Shown: positions 49,846 through 62,343, counted from the first letter of the stretch. The stretch: 64,000 bases of DNA from Octopus sinensis (GCF_006345805.1 NC_043013.1:36704001-36768000), one strand, 5' to 3'. Notes: a model not told the origin generated them from the sequence alone. Numbers and translations are program-made.

Positions 49846-50832
49846 TCTGATAAGCTTCTTTACAGTTAGATCTATAACTACATTTTTTAAGACAGTAGAA
49901 TGTAATTCTTGACAAATTTCATTGGTTCTAAATTCTAGTTGGTTGTGCGACTGAAATAGAGGCCCTTTTGGCTCTGTGTGTGTGATGGGAAAACTTGAGC
50001 TGATATTGAATCCCAGAGTGTTCCATACTGAGAGAGCAAATATTAAATAAAGTATTTCTTACAAGATTTTGGAGGTGAAAGAGAATAGGAATAATGAAAG
50101 GAAGAGAATTTGTTGTTATCTCCAGGTCAGTTTATATAGAACAAACTAGTGATTGGAGCCATTCCAGCCATAACCATTCTGCTGTAGTGTATTCAAGATT
50201 GATTAATCAGGTGTCATTTTCAGAAATGTGGCACTTACACCTGTAAAGTAATCCTAAGGCATACTTGATGCAATATGGTGTGTAATGAAACTGGTCCTTT
50301 AAATAACAGGTCAAGTCCATCTGATGGCCTTCTATGCAACTGGATCTAGGACCACTTTGTCTAAGACAGTAGGGTGTCATTTAAGAGGGATTTCATTGAT
50401 AGTTAATTCTTGCATGTTTGAGCAATTAAATAGTAATCTGATTGGAGGAAAACAAGGAGGAATTGGTAAGTTAGATGGGCTTTAATAGGAATGGTACTTA
50501 GTTCATTGTTACCCTTCATTTCCAAAGATTTGAGCACAGTTTTTAAAATACACTACACAAATTACAATTAAGCACTCCATCTAGTGATGTCTCTTTTGTG
50601 CCAAATATATTGCAGCTTTGCAATGACTTCAACTACAGTTTTAAATATTGGCAAAAGACCACAGATTTCTAGATAGGAAATATAACTTCCAGACAAATGA
50701 CCAAAATGTCTTTAGCTTATATCATTAGTGCACAGCTTGAGATCATTTTACTGATGCTGCACTCAGCTATGAAACACAAAGTCCAATTTGATGGGATTTG
50801 AACTTCATCAGCCCTCATTAGGATCTTTGATC

Positions 50833-51000
50833 TGGTAGGAAAAGTAGCCAGATCTCTGTGAAATTACATCCTCCTGTCTTAAAAATAAGACACATTGGTT
50901 ATAATATAACCAGAAAAAAAAAGAAACAATGGCTATAGCTGGAATGCCTATAATCATAGATCTGCTCAATCAGGGCTCAACTGGGGCTAAACAACAACAG
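50833..51000 (+). mobile_element. Copy of the ...GGGGCTAAAC(AAC)n repeat family
   Basis: AGTAGCCAGATCTC...GCTGGAATGCC...CATAGATCTGCTCAATCAGGGCTCAACTGGGGCTAAACAACAAC. Confidence 0.6.
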
Positions 51001-51048
51001 TGCATGTAATCATAATCTGACTGTTTGCTGTCCATTTCAGCCAAATCT

Positions 51049-51084
<36 letters not shown>

Positions 51085-51635
51085 TGTCAATTTGTTTATT
51101 TTTGTGTCCACCTCACATCAATTTTAATGAAGTCATCATCACCATCATCATTATCATCATCATCATCATCATCATCATCATGACCAACTCCAGCTGTTAT
51201 TTTAACAACAGTTACAATAAAAGCATCATCCTTCTGCTTGTCTGTCTGTCTGCTTGTCTTAACACAATACCGACTTCATCAGTCTGTCTGTCTGTCCACA
51301 TTAACCAGCAGCATTAGCATCATTAACAAACATTGTGTTCTGTGTGAGCGTGTGAGGCTATGTATATATCTTTGTGTGTGTGTGTGTGCGTGCGCACGCG
51401 CGTGCGTGTGTGTGTGTGTGTGTATGTGTGTGCGTGTGCGCGTGCCTGTGTGTGTGTGTGTCCTCCTAACACTGGCAATAATAACATTAGTCTGTCTGTA
51501 TGTCCCTGCTAACTTCTTGCCTCTATCTCATTAGAGGAATAAAACACAACAACTACAATTGTAAACTCAGGAACTGTAATGAAAATTTAGTGAAGGGGCA
51601 TCGTCATGCATTGTGTTAGGCTCTTCTTTGTTTGG

Positions 51636-51674
<39 letters not shown>

Positions 51675-53811
51675 CATTATTATTATTATTATTATTATTA
51701 TTTGTTCTCATCATCATAACCACCATCACTATAACTGTCATTGTCTTTGTCGTCATCATCATCATCATCATCATCATCACCATCACCATCATCAATATTT
51801 GCTTGTTTGTTTTTGATTCTTAAAGAATATTTCGAAGGAGTTGAGGATTTATTTGCATAACACTGGCTGGATAGCCGGCAGGCTGGGCAGGGCTAGTTTG
51901 ATCAACGAGGTCAGCCCAACCCAACTCAACCCAGCCCAGCTTATCTCTGCCCCTCTTGCATTACTGCCACTGACTGGCACTAGGAGATGAACAAACATGC
52001 ACAGACATAGGCACACACATACTCACACACATGCATTCTCACACATACATGCACAAATGCACATGCATGCACATTCGTGCGTCTACACATATTGTACTGG
52101 TTTGTAAGACGGTTGGATGAGTGGAGGGATAGACAGATGACTGTAGTTACGGGTAATTAAAAACATAAAAATGAACTATGGGAGATAACTCAAGTAGGCC
52201 AGTGGCATGAATTAAGGTTTAAAGAATTGAATGATGTAGGCAAAAACTTCTCAGGCAATTGAAGTTTTTTGCAGAGGGAGAAAGAAAACAAAAACCTAGC
52301 AGTGATTGTCAGCAGATTTACCCTGCCCCCTGCAGTTGTTACTCTCTCTGCACACTTCTCTCTTAGCTCACTACCATTTACTTTACTATATAGAAGCATG
52401 TAAAACACACCTGCTCACATACTCACGTGCACCTTTACACTGCACAAACGATAAAACTTACTAGATACATGGATGGATGACGATGGCTCGTCACTGAATA
52501 ATATGTCTCAACTGGAGACATCTTCTGCACACCAATGCAAACACATCACTGCATAAACACTATGTGAATTCTACCTTTCTTTCAGACATGGCTTCACAAG
52601 TATGTTGTTTTGGATTCGGTCATACTGCATGGCCCATTGGACAAGTAACTTCATAAGTAGCTTGGGATGACCAGTTGCCTTCTCAGTAAATTTGGCAGAT
52701 TGAAAACTGTGCTGAAGTTCATCATATGTGTGTGTATGTGTAAGTTTTTAAACCCACAGCTCTGGACACACCTATGTATATGAATAGTAGCAGATATAGC
52801 TGTCCTTTAGAAGTTCATTTTGCAACCATTATGGTTTTAAGTTCTGTCTTACTGCACAGCACTTTATGCCAGTGTTTTCCACTGAAGCCCCAGGCTGACC
52901 TAAGCCTTGTGAGTAGATTTTGTGGAAAAAAAATACTGAAAAATGTCCATTGTGTGTGTGTGTGTGTGCATGCACGTGCGTACATGCATTTTACTAAGCT
53001 GCATGTGGTGTTCTTCTGAGAACAAATTGTTCTGTGGGTTTGGGGGCCTTCAAAGCCATGTGAAATAGGAAATACCTTACTTGGAAAAACAGGTAAAGGT
53101 TAGTACTGGATCAAGAATGGAATCCAGTTGTAAAACAAAATCTCAAATTGTATATTTATGTAATCATGGTAAAAAAAAAAACTGGATGGATGTAAAAATG
53201 AACAAATGTTCTAACTGCATGTGTGTGTGTTTATGCATCCTAGTGTTTATCTCCCTTTGTTTGGCAACTGATGTTGGTTTGTTTACGTCCTCACAACTTA
53301 ATAGATTGGCTAAAACAAAAATGCTGATAGTAAGCAACACACTTAAAATAAGTACTAGGGGATGATGATTCAATTGATTAATCCCTTTCCGGCAGTGCTC
53401 CAGCATGACTGCAGTCAAAGGCTGACACAAGGTAAAAGAGTACACATACATACATAGGTACGTACGTACGTACGTACTTCAAGAGTGTTTGCTCTTTTAG
53501 CAACTTCATGTTCACCCTCATCATCCTTCTTTGCTTACATCTCTTTGCTGTCCCCCTCCCCCCCAACTTTTTTATGCTTCCTCTTCTTAACACTCATCTG
53601 CATTTCCCTATACTCTTTCTTTCACTTCCTTTCTTTTCCCTGTTTTTTTTTCTTTTCTTTTTTATGTTTTTTTTCCCCATTTTTTGGTTTCAATGTTTTC
53701 TTCTTAGTCCTCACTGTGATTGCATCTGATTTGCTTAATTCTGATACTAATTATAACTGCAGAGGCAGTAGTGATGTTCAGATTGTGGAAGGACATCTTA
53801 TTGTAGTTGTT

Positions 53812-54030
53812 CTTATTTAACCCCAACCAAGTCTATCCTGATTGAACAGGCTTACGATCAGACAGCTTTCCCATTGCACCTATTATGTTCTTTTGTTCAT
53901 ATATCTAAGACTACTTTGTCTAATTGTCTTTTTTTTAAAAAAAAAAAAATGATTGAATGAGTTGAAGATGATTTGGCTACTATTTCTAACAGGTCAAGCA
54001 ACCACATAGGAGCTATCTCATTGCCTTGAG
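53812..54030 (-). mobile_element. Minus-strand copy of the ...GGGGCTAAAC(AAC)n repeat family
   Basis: TTTAACCCC...CTGATTGAACAGGC...GATTTGGCTACTATTTCTAACAGGTCAAG is the reverse complement of blocks at 39870-40042. Confidence 0.55.
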
Positions 54031-54420
54031 AGGTGGGGAAATGGTCGTGATAGCCAGTGCTAAGAGTGTTGTTGTTGTTGCTGTTCGTGATGGTGGTGGT
54101 GGTAGTGGGAGTGGTGAGAATGGTGGTGGCAACAACAGAGATGGACAGTTAGTAGTTAAGGTTAAAGTGTAGAGGTGGGGGGGGATAGGAGATGATTACA
54201 AGAGGCTGCATGGAGTGGTGGAGGTGGGGAGGGGGATGAGGTTAAGAATAGAACAGAATAGTCCACTCTCTTCCTTTCTCTCTTTTCATATTCTTCCTTC
54301 CCCCTCCCCACTCCATAAGCTTAAGCTTGATAAGACAATAGCTGTTCTCTTTTCTGACTTCAGTTGAATTTCCTCTTTTTAATGGTGTGTGCATGCGTGT
54401 GCTAATGTATGTTTGTGCAT

Positions 54421-54537
54421 GTGTGTGTGTGTGTGTGTGTGTGTATGTAAAAAATGTATGCATGTGTGTGTGTGTGTCTATGTAAAAAATGTATGCATGT
54501 GTGTGTGTGTGTATGTAAAAAATGTATGCATGTGTGT
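54421..54537. repeat. Three-copy tandem of TATGTAAAAAATGTATGCA(TG)n
   Basis: A unit of about 32-34 bp repeated three times within a TG microsatellite. Confidence 0.85.
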
Positions 54538-54679
54538 ATGTATTACTCTAAGGGTCAATATGTGTTTCTATACGAATTTTCCCAATATGAATATATGAAT
54601 ATATATATATATACATATATACACATATTTATGTTGATGTATATGAAGTTCATATTATATATTCATATATGTGTGCATG

Positions 54680-54716
<37 letters not shown>

Positions 54717-55284
54717 AGTAGTATATATATATATATATTGTATGAATGTATGCGTCTCTCTCTCTTTCTCGCTCTCTCTCCTTCTCTCTTTCTTCCTCTC
54801 TATGTGTGTGTGTGTGCATTGGCCTTTGTATGCATATACAGTTAATTAAGATTATTTTCTTGTTTTGTGTACTTGAGAAAGTGTATGTTTTCTGTGATAT
54901 GTGTGCATAATTAAACTTATCTGACGTTTAACTACTTGAGAATTTGTGCGTATGTGTGTGTGTGTGTGTGTATTTGCTTCTGTTTGGACTTGTGTGTGTG
55001 CATTTCATTTTGTCTCTGCATACATTAAAAAAATATATGGATTTTATTACAATAAGTTGAATCTGCCAGTTTCTTTGTGCTTGTTAATGTGTCTGGGTTT
55101 TGCGTGTGCATCTGTCTATATATGTATGTGCATATGTGTGTACATCTGAAGCACTTCTTATAACAACTTACTTGTTCACAATTATTATTGTTATGTCTGC
55201 TGTCATTGATGGTGCTATTGTGGTTGTTGCTGAAAACGTTTGCCCATGTGCGTTTAACTATGAACTCTTTACATGGTAGTCAGA

Positions 55285-55398
55285 GTTAACACCTTATGCA
55301 GATTGGCAGAGACCTATATTGCACACTGTACGGGTTAGGGGGTTAACACCTTATGTAGATTGATTGAGGGCCATGTTGCACACCATATAGAATGGGGT
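55285..55398. repeat. Two-copy 57-bp diverged tandem repeat
   Basis: GTTAACACCTTATG(C/T)AGATTG...TTGCACAC...GGGG units start at 55285 and 55342. Confidence 0.75.
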
Positions 55399-56002
55399 GT
55401 GTACCCAAATTCAATCTCTTATTATTCGTTTGTTGAATTTTAACCAGTACTGTCTTACAGCATAAGCAATTGCCTGGGGTAGGGTTCAGAGCCTGAACAG
55501 ATCTAGTGACCCAGTTCTGATCTATGTATATCAGTGAATGAATACTATAGGGTCCAGTGTAGTGGGTAATTTGCCCTAGGGTCACATGAGTCTAAGGCTT
55601 CAATTCTGATCTAATGTATGCTGTGATTTGTTGTCAATAAATATATGGCCTTGTGCATTGATTTGCCTGGGGGCCTATAATTCTCTAAGTAAGTCTGATT
55701 TCAAGGATGAATTTTGCCGAACATACTTCCACCATAAATAGTCTTGTATAAACCCCCAAATGCATGTGTAGCACAGTTGAAGAAAAACAAATCTTATATT
55801 CAATAGATATTGGGACTTTTCTTGGCTTATTCTTACCATTTTAAAGAACAAAAATTATTTTTAATTAAGTTTATTGAAAAACCTATAATGAAAGAAACTC
55901 TTTCTTTTTCATACATTCACTATATTTCCATTTCTTTTACCCTGATATTGCTTATTTATTTCTTCTTTGTTTGTAGTTTCAACTTCTTTCTTCCTTGTTA
56001 GC

Positions 56003-56069
<67 letters not shown>

Positions 56070-56208
56070 TATGCCTCTCCTTTTTCTCCTCCACCTCCTC
56101 CTTCCTACCCCATTTCCTCTCTCTTCTTCCTTCTTTTCTCCCCCTCATCATTCTTTTGCTGTGTCTCCCTCTCACTTCTCCTCTCCCCTTCCCACTCCCC
56201 CTCCTCCC

Positions 56209-56293
56209 CTTCTTCTTCTTCTTCTTCTTCTCTTCTTCTTCTCCTTCTTCTTCTTCTTCTTCTTCTTCTTCTTCTTCTTCTTCTTCTTCTTCT
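56209..56293. repeat. (TTC)n polypyrimidine mirror repeat
   Basis: About 28 TTC units with two small interruptions, inside a larger pyrimidine-rich stretch starting near 56070. Confidence 0.95.
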
Positions 56294-56736
56294 TTCTATA
56301 TTGTCTCCTACCTTCATCTAATATTTTAAAATTGCTGCCAAGTAGTTAGGAAAATCCATTAATTTTATCTGCAAATATTAAATTCATAAGTATTACAATG
56401 TGTGTGTGAGTGGGTGAGAAGGGAGTGTGTGTGTGTGTGTGTAGGGGGAGGAGGCATGGTGGCGTCTGTTGTGTGTGTGTGCGTGTGCGCGTCTGTAGGT
56501 GTGTAAGCGAGCATATGTGAATGTGTAAAGATGTTTGTGTAGTAATCTCTAATTGTTGATATATTTTATTGCTCATGAATGTCTTGTGTATGTATGTTTG
56601 TGTTCATGTAGGAAGGTGTAATTTATTCATGCATGTATGCGTTTCCATGTATGCGTATGCACATATGCATTAATGGATTTATAATTGTGCATTTATGTAC
56701 ATATCTATGTATGTAGCTGATGTGTCTGTGCAGTGA

Positions 56737-56818
<82 letters not shown>

Positions 56819-58759
56819 GTATGTATATATGTATGTATATATGTATATGTATTAGGGTTTGTCTGCGCTTTTATATAGAATTTTCTAATTGCTGATGAGT
56901 GTGTGTTATGGTACGTCTGAATGCTGTAATATGTAATACCTTCTCTCTCTCTCTCTCTCTGCATGTGGATGGGTGTGTGTATGTCTGCGTAGGTGTACAT
57001 GTAGGTGTGTGCGTGAGCATGTATATAACTGCATTATGATGAATGGTTTAGACTTAGAAGAATACGTGTTGTTGGCCAAACAATAAATCTTATCTGACAC
57101 ATCATTTAATTGTTGCTGCAGTACTTCGTCAAGCACCATTGTTCTCCTTCATCCCTGCCATGTTTACCGTGTAGACAATTATATTGGTATGTCTCTTACG
57201 TGTCACATCTGCTCTGACGTGATACAATAGCGGTGTCACAGTTCCTCTGCAGTGTTTGCCATGTTCTTTTCATCCATAAATTTATGCAATTCATTTGCTT
57301 CCACTCCCTCTTTGTCTCCCTCTATCTCTCTCTCTCTCACTTTCCGTCTTTCTCTCTTTCTAATTGTTTCTCACCTTCCCCTCTCACCACCCTTCCCACA
57401 ACACCATCATGTCTGATCACACGTGTTCAACACATCATGCATGCTCTATCACCAAAGCCTGGTCACATTCTGTCTGACACATCAGTCACATCTTCTGTTA
57501 GACAAACATCCACCCTACCATCTACCATGTCACAGCCACTCTAGTGTACTTGTAATTAACTCAGTGTTACACATTGTTGTACCATGGTTGAACTTGCTCA
57601 GTTACACCTCTGCATCAAACTAGTTCTATAGTACCACATGTCATAGAAAACACTATTATCTTGTATACATGTTTTGGCACAGGAAATGTACCACATTTAC
57701 ATTTTAATCAATAAGATACCCACATCATGCTATTTCTCTTACACTGATCACACTCAGTTACAAAAACTGTATTATAACTTTGTATATCAGAACATGATAA
57801 TTAAACATGATTAGACATAGTTCTATCATTCAACTACCATGCACTTTGTTATGCCTTTTTCTATTATTTTTTGTTAGGTGTATCTGCTAACAATATTAGT
57901 TGTTACTGTGTGAGCAACAGAGTATTTAGTAAGCTACTGTTTGAAACCAGTTTGACTCAGAATTTAGCTATGTCACTTCCACTTTGTACCTGCTGTTTCT
58001 GATTCATAAACTTCAGAGAAATGAGTTCTGTCCAAATGGACTATCTCTTGCTCGTTGCACCTAGAAACTCAAACCAAGATGGCAGGAAAGAAGTGCAAGG
58101 TTCAATAACCCGTTCACTGCCAACATATTTCATAACGTTTATTTCACCAAGTCAAATAGAGCTCCGGGCAATTGACCAAAAATGTCTTCAGTTTATATAT
58201 ATCATGTTAGTGGAATTTAGTTTTACATTTTTTTAGTCACTTAACTCTCGGATACTCTAGTCCACCTCTCTGTAAAGAAGTACTATAGACTATGAAGTAA
58301 CTAACAACTACACAAGCAGGGGCAGCACTGTAAAATCAAAGAGTATTTCATTAGTTTTCTCCAGAGCTGAGTTCAGTTTCAGCTCTGGCAGTGAATAAGA
58401 TAGAAGTGGGATGCTAATGGCCTGATCTTTGAGTCAGCGGATCTGATCACACTCACTAAAAATTCTTTTGCATATGAAATGTTAAGTAATTGGTTAAAAA
58501 ATCTACACTGATTCGTTATAGCAGGAAATAATCATTTAGTGACTCTCCCAGCAACTAAGTCCTTGTTTAATGTTGCTTTAATACTAATTGAGCAAACCTA
58601 TCCCATGAGTTTTTTTTTTTTGTTTGTTTTTTTACATACACATGATTATCCAGTAGTGTCTTTTCTTGAAGGCAGCAGAATAAGATTTAGCTGCTATTTC
58701 TAGCAGGCTGAAGGTTGAACAACCATGTAAATGTGCTCTTGTCAGCTTTACTGAGTGTA

Positions 58760-59150
58760 TTGTTGACTCTCCTCCTGCTGGTGCTAACAGTCTTGCTGAA
58801 GCTTTGAAATATATATTTTGCTGATGGTGAAGGTCTCATGTTGATGATGTTTCTCATATTGATGATGTTTTTCTAATCAAATCCTCTCTGATGAAGCAAA
58901 ACCTATATTCAAAATTTTCCAGCTGAAACCAGTCTTTGTATATCTTTTCCTTTAAGTACAACGTAACCAGTGCTTCATTATCTAACATGTTACTCCATTT
59001 TTCAAGCAGTACGATATGATCTGATTTGCCACTTATTTCTAGCAGGCCGAGAAGCTCTCCGGGCACTTTCAGAAACAAAGAATATTGAACTATCCATCAG
59101 TGAACTACACAAGTTCTTCCCATAGCTTACAGTATTAAGATCAAATTGTC
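58760..59150 (+). mobile_element. Possible degenerate Penelope-like reverse transcriptase remnant
   Basis: Frame from 58801: ALKYIFC*W*RSHVDDVSHIDDVFLIK...FSFKYNVTSASLSNML...; resembles the Penelope W.RYIDDIF.I ... KFT.E.S..S..FLD order. The xxDD block is internally duplicated (18 bp). Confidence 0.3.
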
Positions 59151-60252
59151 CTGTGAGCACAGATCCACAGTAGGCTGGTATGTTAACCAGCTGGACAGAT
59201 GTATCTCAATGATGTTTATTAGTATATTAGTTACACATTAGTGCTTATTAGTATCGGCTTCAGTTTCCTGTCTTTTTCCATTGATCTTAATTCAATTATA
59301 AGATGTGCTTGAACTAGATGACCTTCACTCGATCTACAAGTTACCTTAACATATTTTGCAGACTGCATATGCATTAAGCATATGTGTGTGTGTGTGCGAC
59401 ACCAACACCACCACCACCATCATCATCATCATCATTGTTTTTACACCCACCTTTCCTTGCTAGTATGTGTGTGTGAAAGGATGTGTAATATATACATATA
59501 CAAATGTGTGTGTGCGTGTGTTTGTATGCATGCACGTGTCTATGTGTTAATACATATTCATAGTCATATGACTTCACATTTCTGTATATGCAAATATGCT
59601 GCCACACACCTATACACATGTACATATATATAGATAGATATATATATATATATATATATATGTGTGTATATATATAATATAAGGATTATTAACTTTCTAC
59701 TAGATTTTATTTTGGAATGATTTTATTTTGGAATTATGCCATGATAGTTTGAATTCATACACACATACTCACACATATAAATGAAAATAAAAATGAAAAT
59801 CATATTCAAAAATAATAATGAAAAAAATAAAACACCCCCTCCAAAACAAGACGTATCCCTGTTAAGTGCGAGATAAATGTGAATATAGATAGAAGGTGAT
59901 GTCAGACTTAAATTGTTAATTGAATTTTCTCTGTTGCCGTATTTCTCCAAGAGTTTCTGCTTTGCTGCTAATATGAAGAATTATCTCATCTTTCATATTA
60001 GCTTTGTACCTGGCACCAACTAAATGAAACTGTGTTTCTTGAAGACAAATCAATTACTTATCAGAAGCCATTTCTGTGTTGTTCTTGTTGTTGTTATTGT
60101 TGTTGTTGTTGTTGACTTCTTCTTCGTCTTCTTTTTCTTCGCTTATCCACCCCATTCTCCTACTTGTGTAGTTACATCTTTATATTCTGTAGACTTTGTA
60201 TGTATTTATATGTGATTCATCTGCTTCTAGTTATGCACATGTATTTTGTGTG

Positions 60253-60295
<43 letters not shown>

Positions 60296-60893
60296 ACGCT
60301 TATTATAACTGCTGTGTCAGTACTCGCACATATGTGTTTGTGTGCATATATATTAACACACAAGCATATACATACATGCATTTGCTTACTCCTCCTACTC
60401 ATAAGCTTAAAGATGTGTTTATAAATATACAAATATATGTGGGTGTGTGTGTGTGTGTGTTTCAGCATTGTAATGTTAAGTTTATGGATGTACAATATGT
60501 AAATTCTTAAATATATATTTTGTGCTTGCTTGTATTAGGATGCTTAATTTAAATCAGTATTCTTTAGGCTTCTCTGATGAAAATCTTTGCAAATACCAAG
60601 TTATGGGGAGTGGAATTGTGGGAATCTTACACACTGGTGCATTTGCACAGAGCCAGCAGACAAATCTATGAGGAACAGCATGAACGTTTCAACGTCATGT
60701 TCTCTACTCATCATGTCTCTGTAAAGAGGGGAATATATGATGGCATTTGTTAAATAGTTATTCTGCTAAAAATTTCAGATTTGCATAAAGCAATCATGTG
60801 GCTTTGTGTGTTTATAGGTGTGGTTGTATCAGATTGTATACATTAAATAATATCAATAGTGTCTGTCAGTATGTGTGAGAGTGTGTGTGTGTA

Positions 60894-60925
<32 letters not shown>

Positions 60926-62121
60926 AGCGCGAGAGAGCAAGAGAGAGAGTTCATGTGTATTTTCTGGGAGTGGATGTGTGTTATGTATACACATGTAAAT
61001 TTATGAAATATTGTGTGTGTGTGTGTGTGTACGCTTGTGTGCGTGTGAATGCTTTTGTTGCTGTGTGTGTTACTTTCTCCCCTTGTCTTGTCTTTCACCA
61101 GATTCATGCTAAAATAAATTACAAACCAATTAGATTAGTTTCAAATCCATTTTATATTTCAAAGCTTAATTTGTTTTGTGAATCTTTTCTTCTGTGTGTC
61201 CTCAAAGTATTTCACATTTCATACACACTTGACACACTTACACTCACTCTTTGCACACACACACATACACACACGCACACAAACGCTTTTTCTCTTCTCT
61301 CTGACTGTCTGTCTCTCTCTTTCATATACACACACACATTCATTTCACCTTTTGCCCACATCACATCAATTCTCATCTCATCATATGTGCCTCTGTGTAC
61401 ATCTGTATGTGTGTGTGTGTGTGTTTCCTCTTTGAATGCTATGAAGAATATTTTAATGAAGCTTGGTGTTGTTCATTTAGTAAAGAACTGGAAACTTGTG
61501 TGTTTTATTATCTTCTGATGTCTGTCAATTGGTTTGCAGTCTTGTGGTTAGTTTTCTTGTGGTTTTGTTGTGGCTCATTGTTTCATTATATTTTGTTTTG
61601 GAAGGTTTAGCAGAGGTTAACTGAATGTATTTAGTTCCAAAGCTCAGTGCAGCTAGTTCAGAAATTAAGTAACTTATGCATGCACATACACAAACACACA
61701 GACATGTACACACACACGGACATGTACACACACACACACACACACACACACATCATGTGTGTGTAAAATATTTATTACCAATGGTGACTGACTTCGAAGT
61801 TTTAAATATTTGATTCTTTTTGAGAAGCCTGTGTCAGCAAATATTCGAAGGAAGCAGTTTCCATTGATAATTATTCTTATGACTCTGCAATTAGTATTGA
61901 GTACTTTATACAGAGTATGTTTTAGTGCTCTTATTAAGTACATAGCTATAAATCAATTATATATTTATATGTAGATACACACCACACATATTTATCTGTG
62001 TGTCTATATACACACTTGTGCTTTATCTAATGATATCAACTTGTTTATTTAAATGTATTCATAAGCATTGTTATCATATGTTTATGAATTTACTTCCTTG
62101 TAATTTCCAGCAACTATGATC

Positions 62122-62205
62122 ATTGTTTTTTATACATATTGTTTTTTATACATATTGTTTTTAATACATATTGTTTTTAATACATATTGCTTTTTCATAC
62201 ATATT
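62122..62205. repeat. 16-bp minisatellite (ATTGTTTTTTATACAT) x5
   Basis: Units start at 62122, 62138, 62154, 62170 and 62186; the array ends about 65 bp upstream of the ZFHX acceptor. Confidence 0.9.
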
Positions 62206-62235
62206 AAACGAAAGAAAACTCTGTCATAATTTTTG

Positions 62236-62270
62236 CTTATAATTTCTTTTTCTCTTTTTCTCTTTTGCAG
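62236..62270 (+). promoter_or_regulatory. 3' splice acceptor (branch point, polypyrimidine tract, AG) of the first coding exon
   Basis: CTTAT (YUNAY) at 62236-62240, then AATTTCTTTTTCTCTTTTTCTCTTTTGCAG ending at 62270. No other AG lies between 62221 and 62268. Coding-like sequence starts shortly downstream. Confidence 0.8.
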
Positions 62271-62278
62271 TTGGAAAA

Positions 62279-62343
62279 ATGCATGGCTCATAGCAATGGG
62301 ACCAGTGAGTTACGAGGCTGAAGGATGGACATTCCAGGCCTGA
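62279..62343 (+). other. Three upstream ORFs in the ZFHX 5' UTR
   Basis: ATG 62279 to TAG 62291-62293 (4 codons). ATG 62283 to TGA 62319-62321 (12 codons, in frame with the main ORF). ATG 62296 to TGA 62341-62343 (15 codons, overlapping the main ATG out of frame). Confidence 0.75.

Noticed and set aside
8-61943. The many 60-220 aa ORFs in the supplied track ([12 protein letters not shown], poly-I/H/D/V/S), including the longest at 34424-34942, 47316-47894 and 60859-61518
   Set aside because: They are translations of di-, tri- and tetranucleotide repeats that lack stops in some frames. No domains, no coding-like composition and no coherent splice structure. The exceptions are the RTE fragments at 8277-9299.
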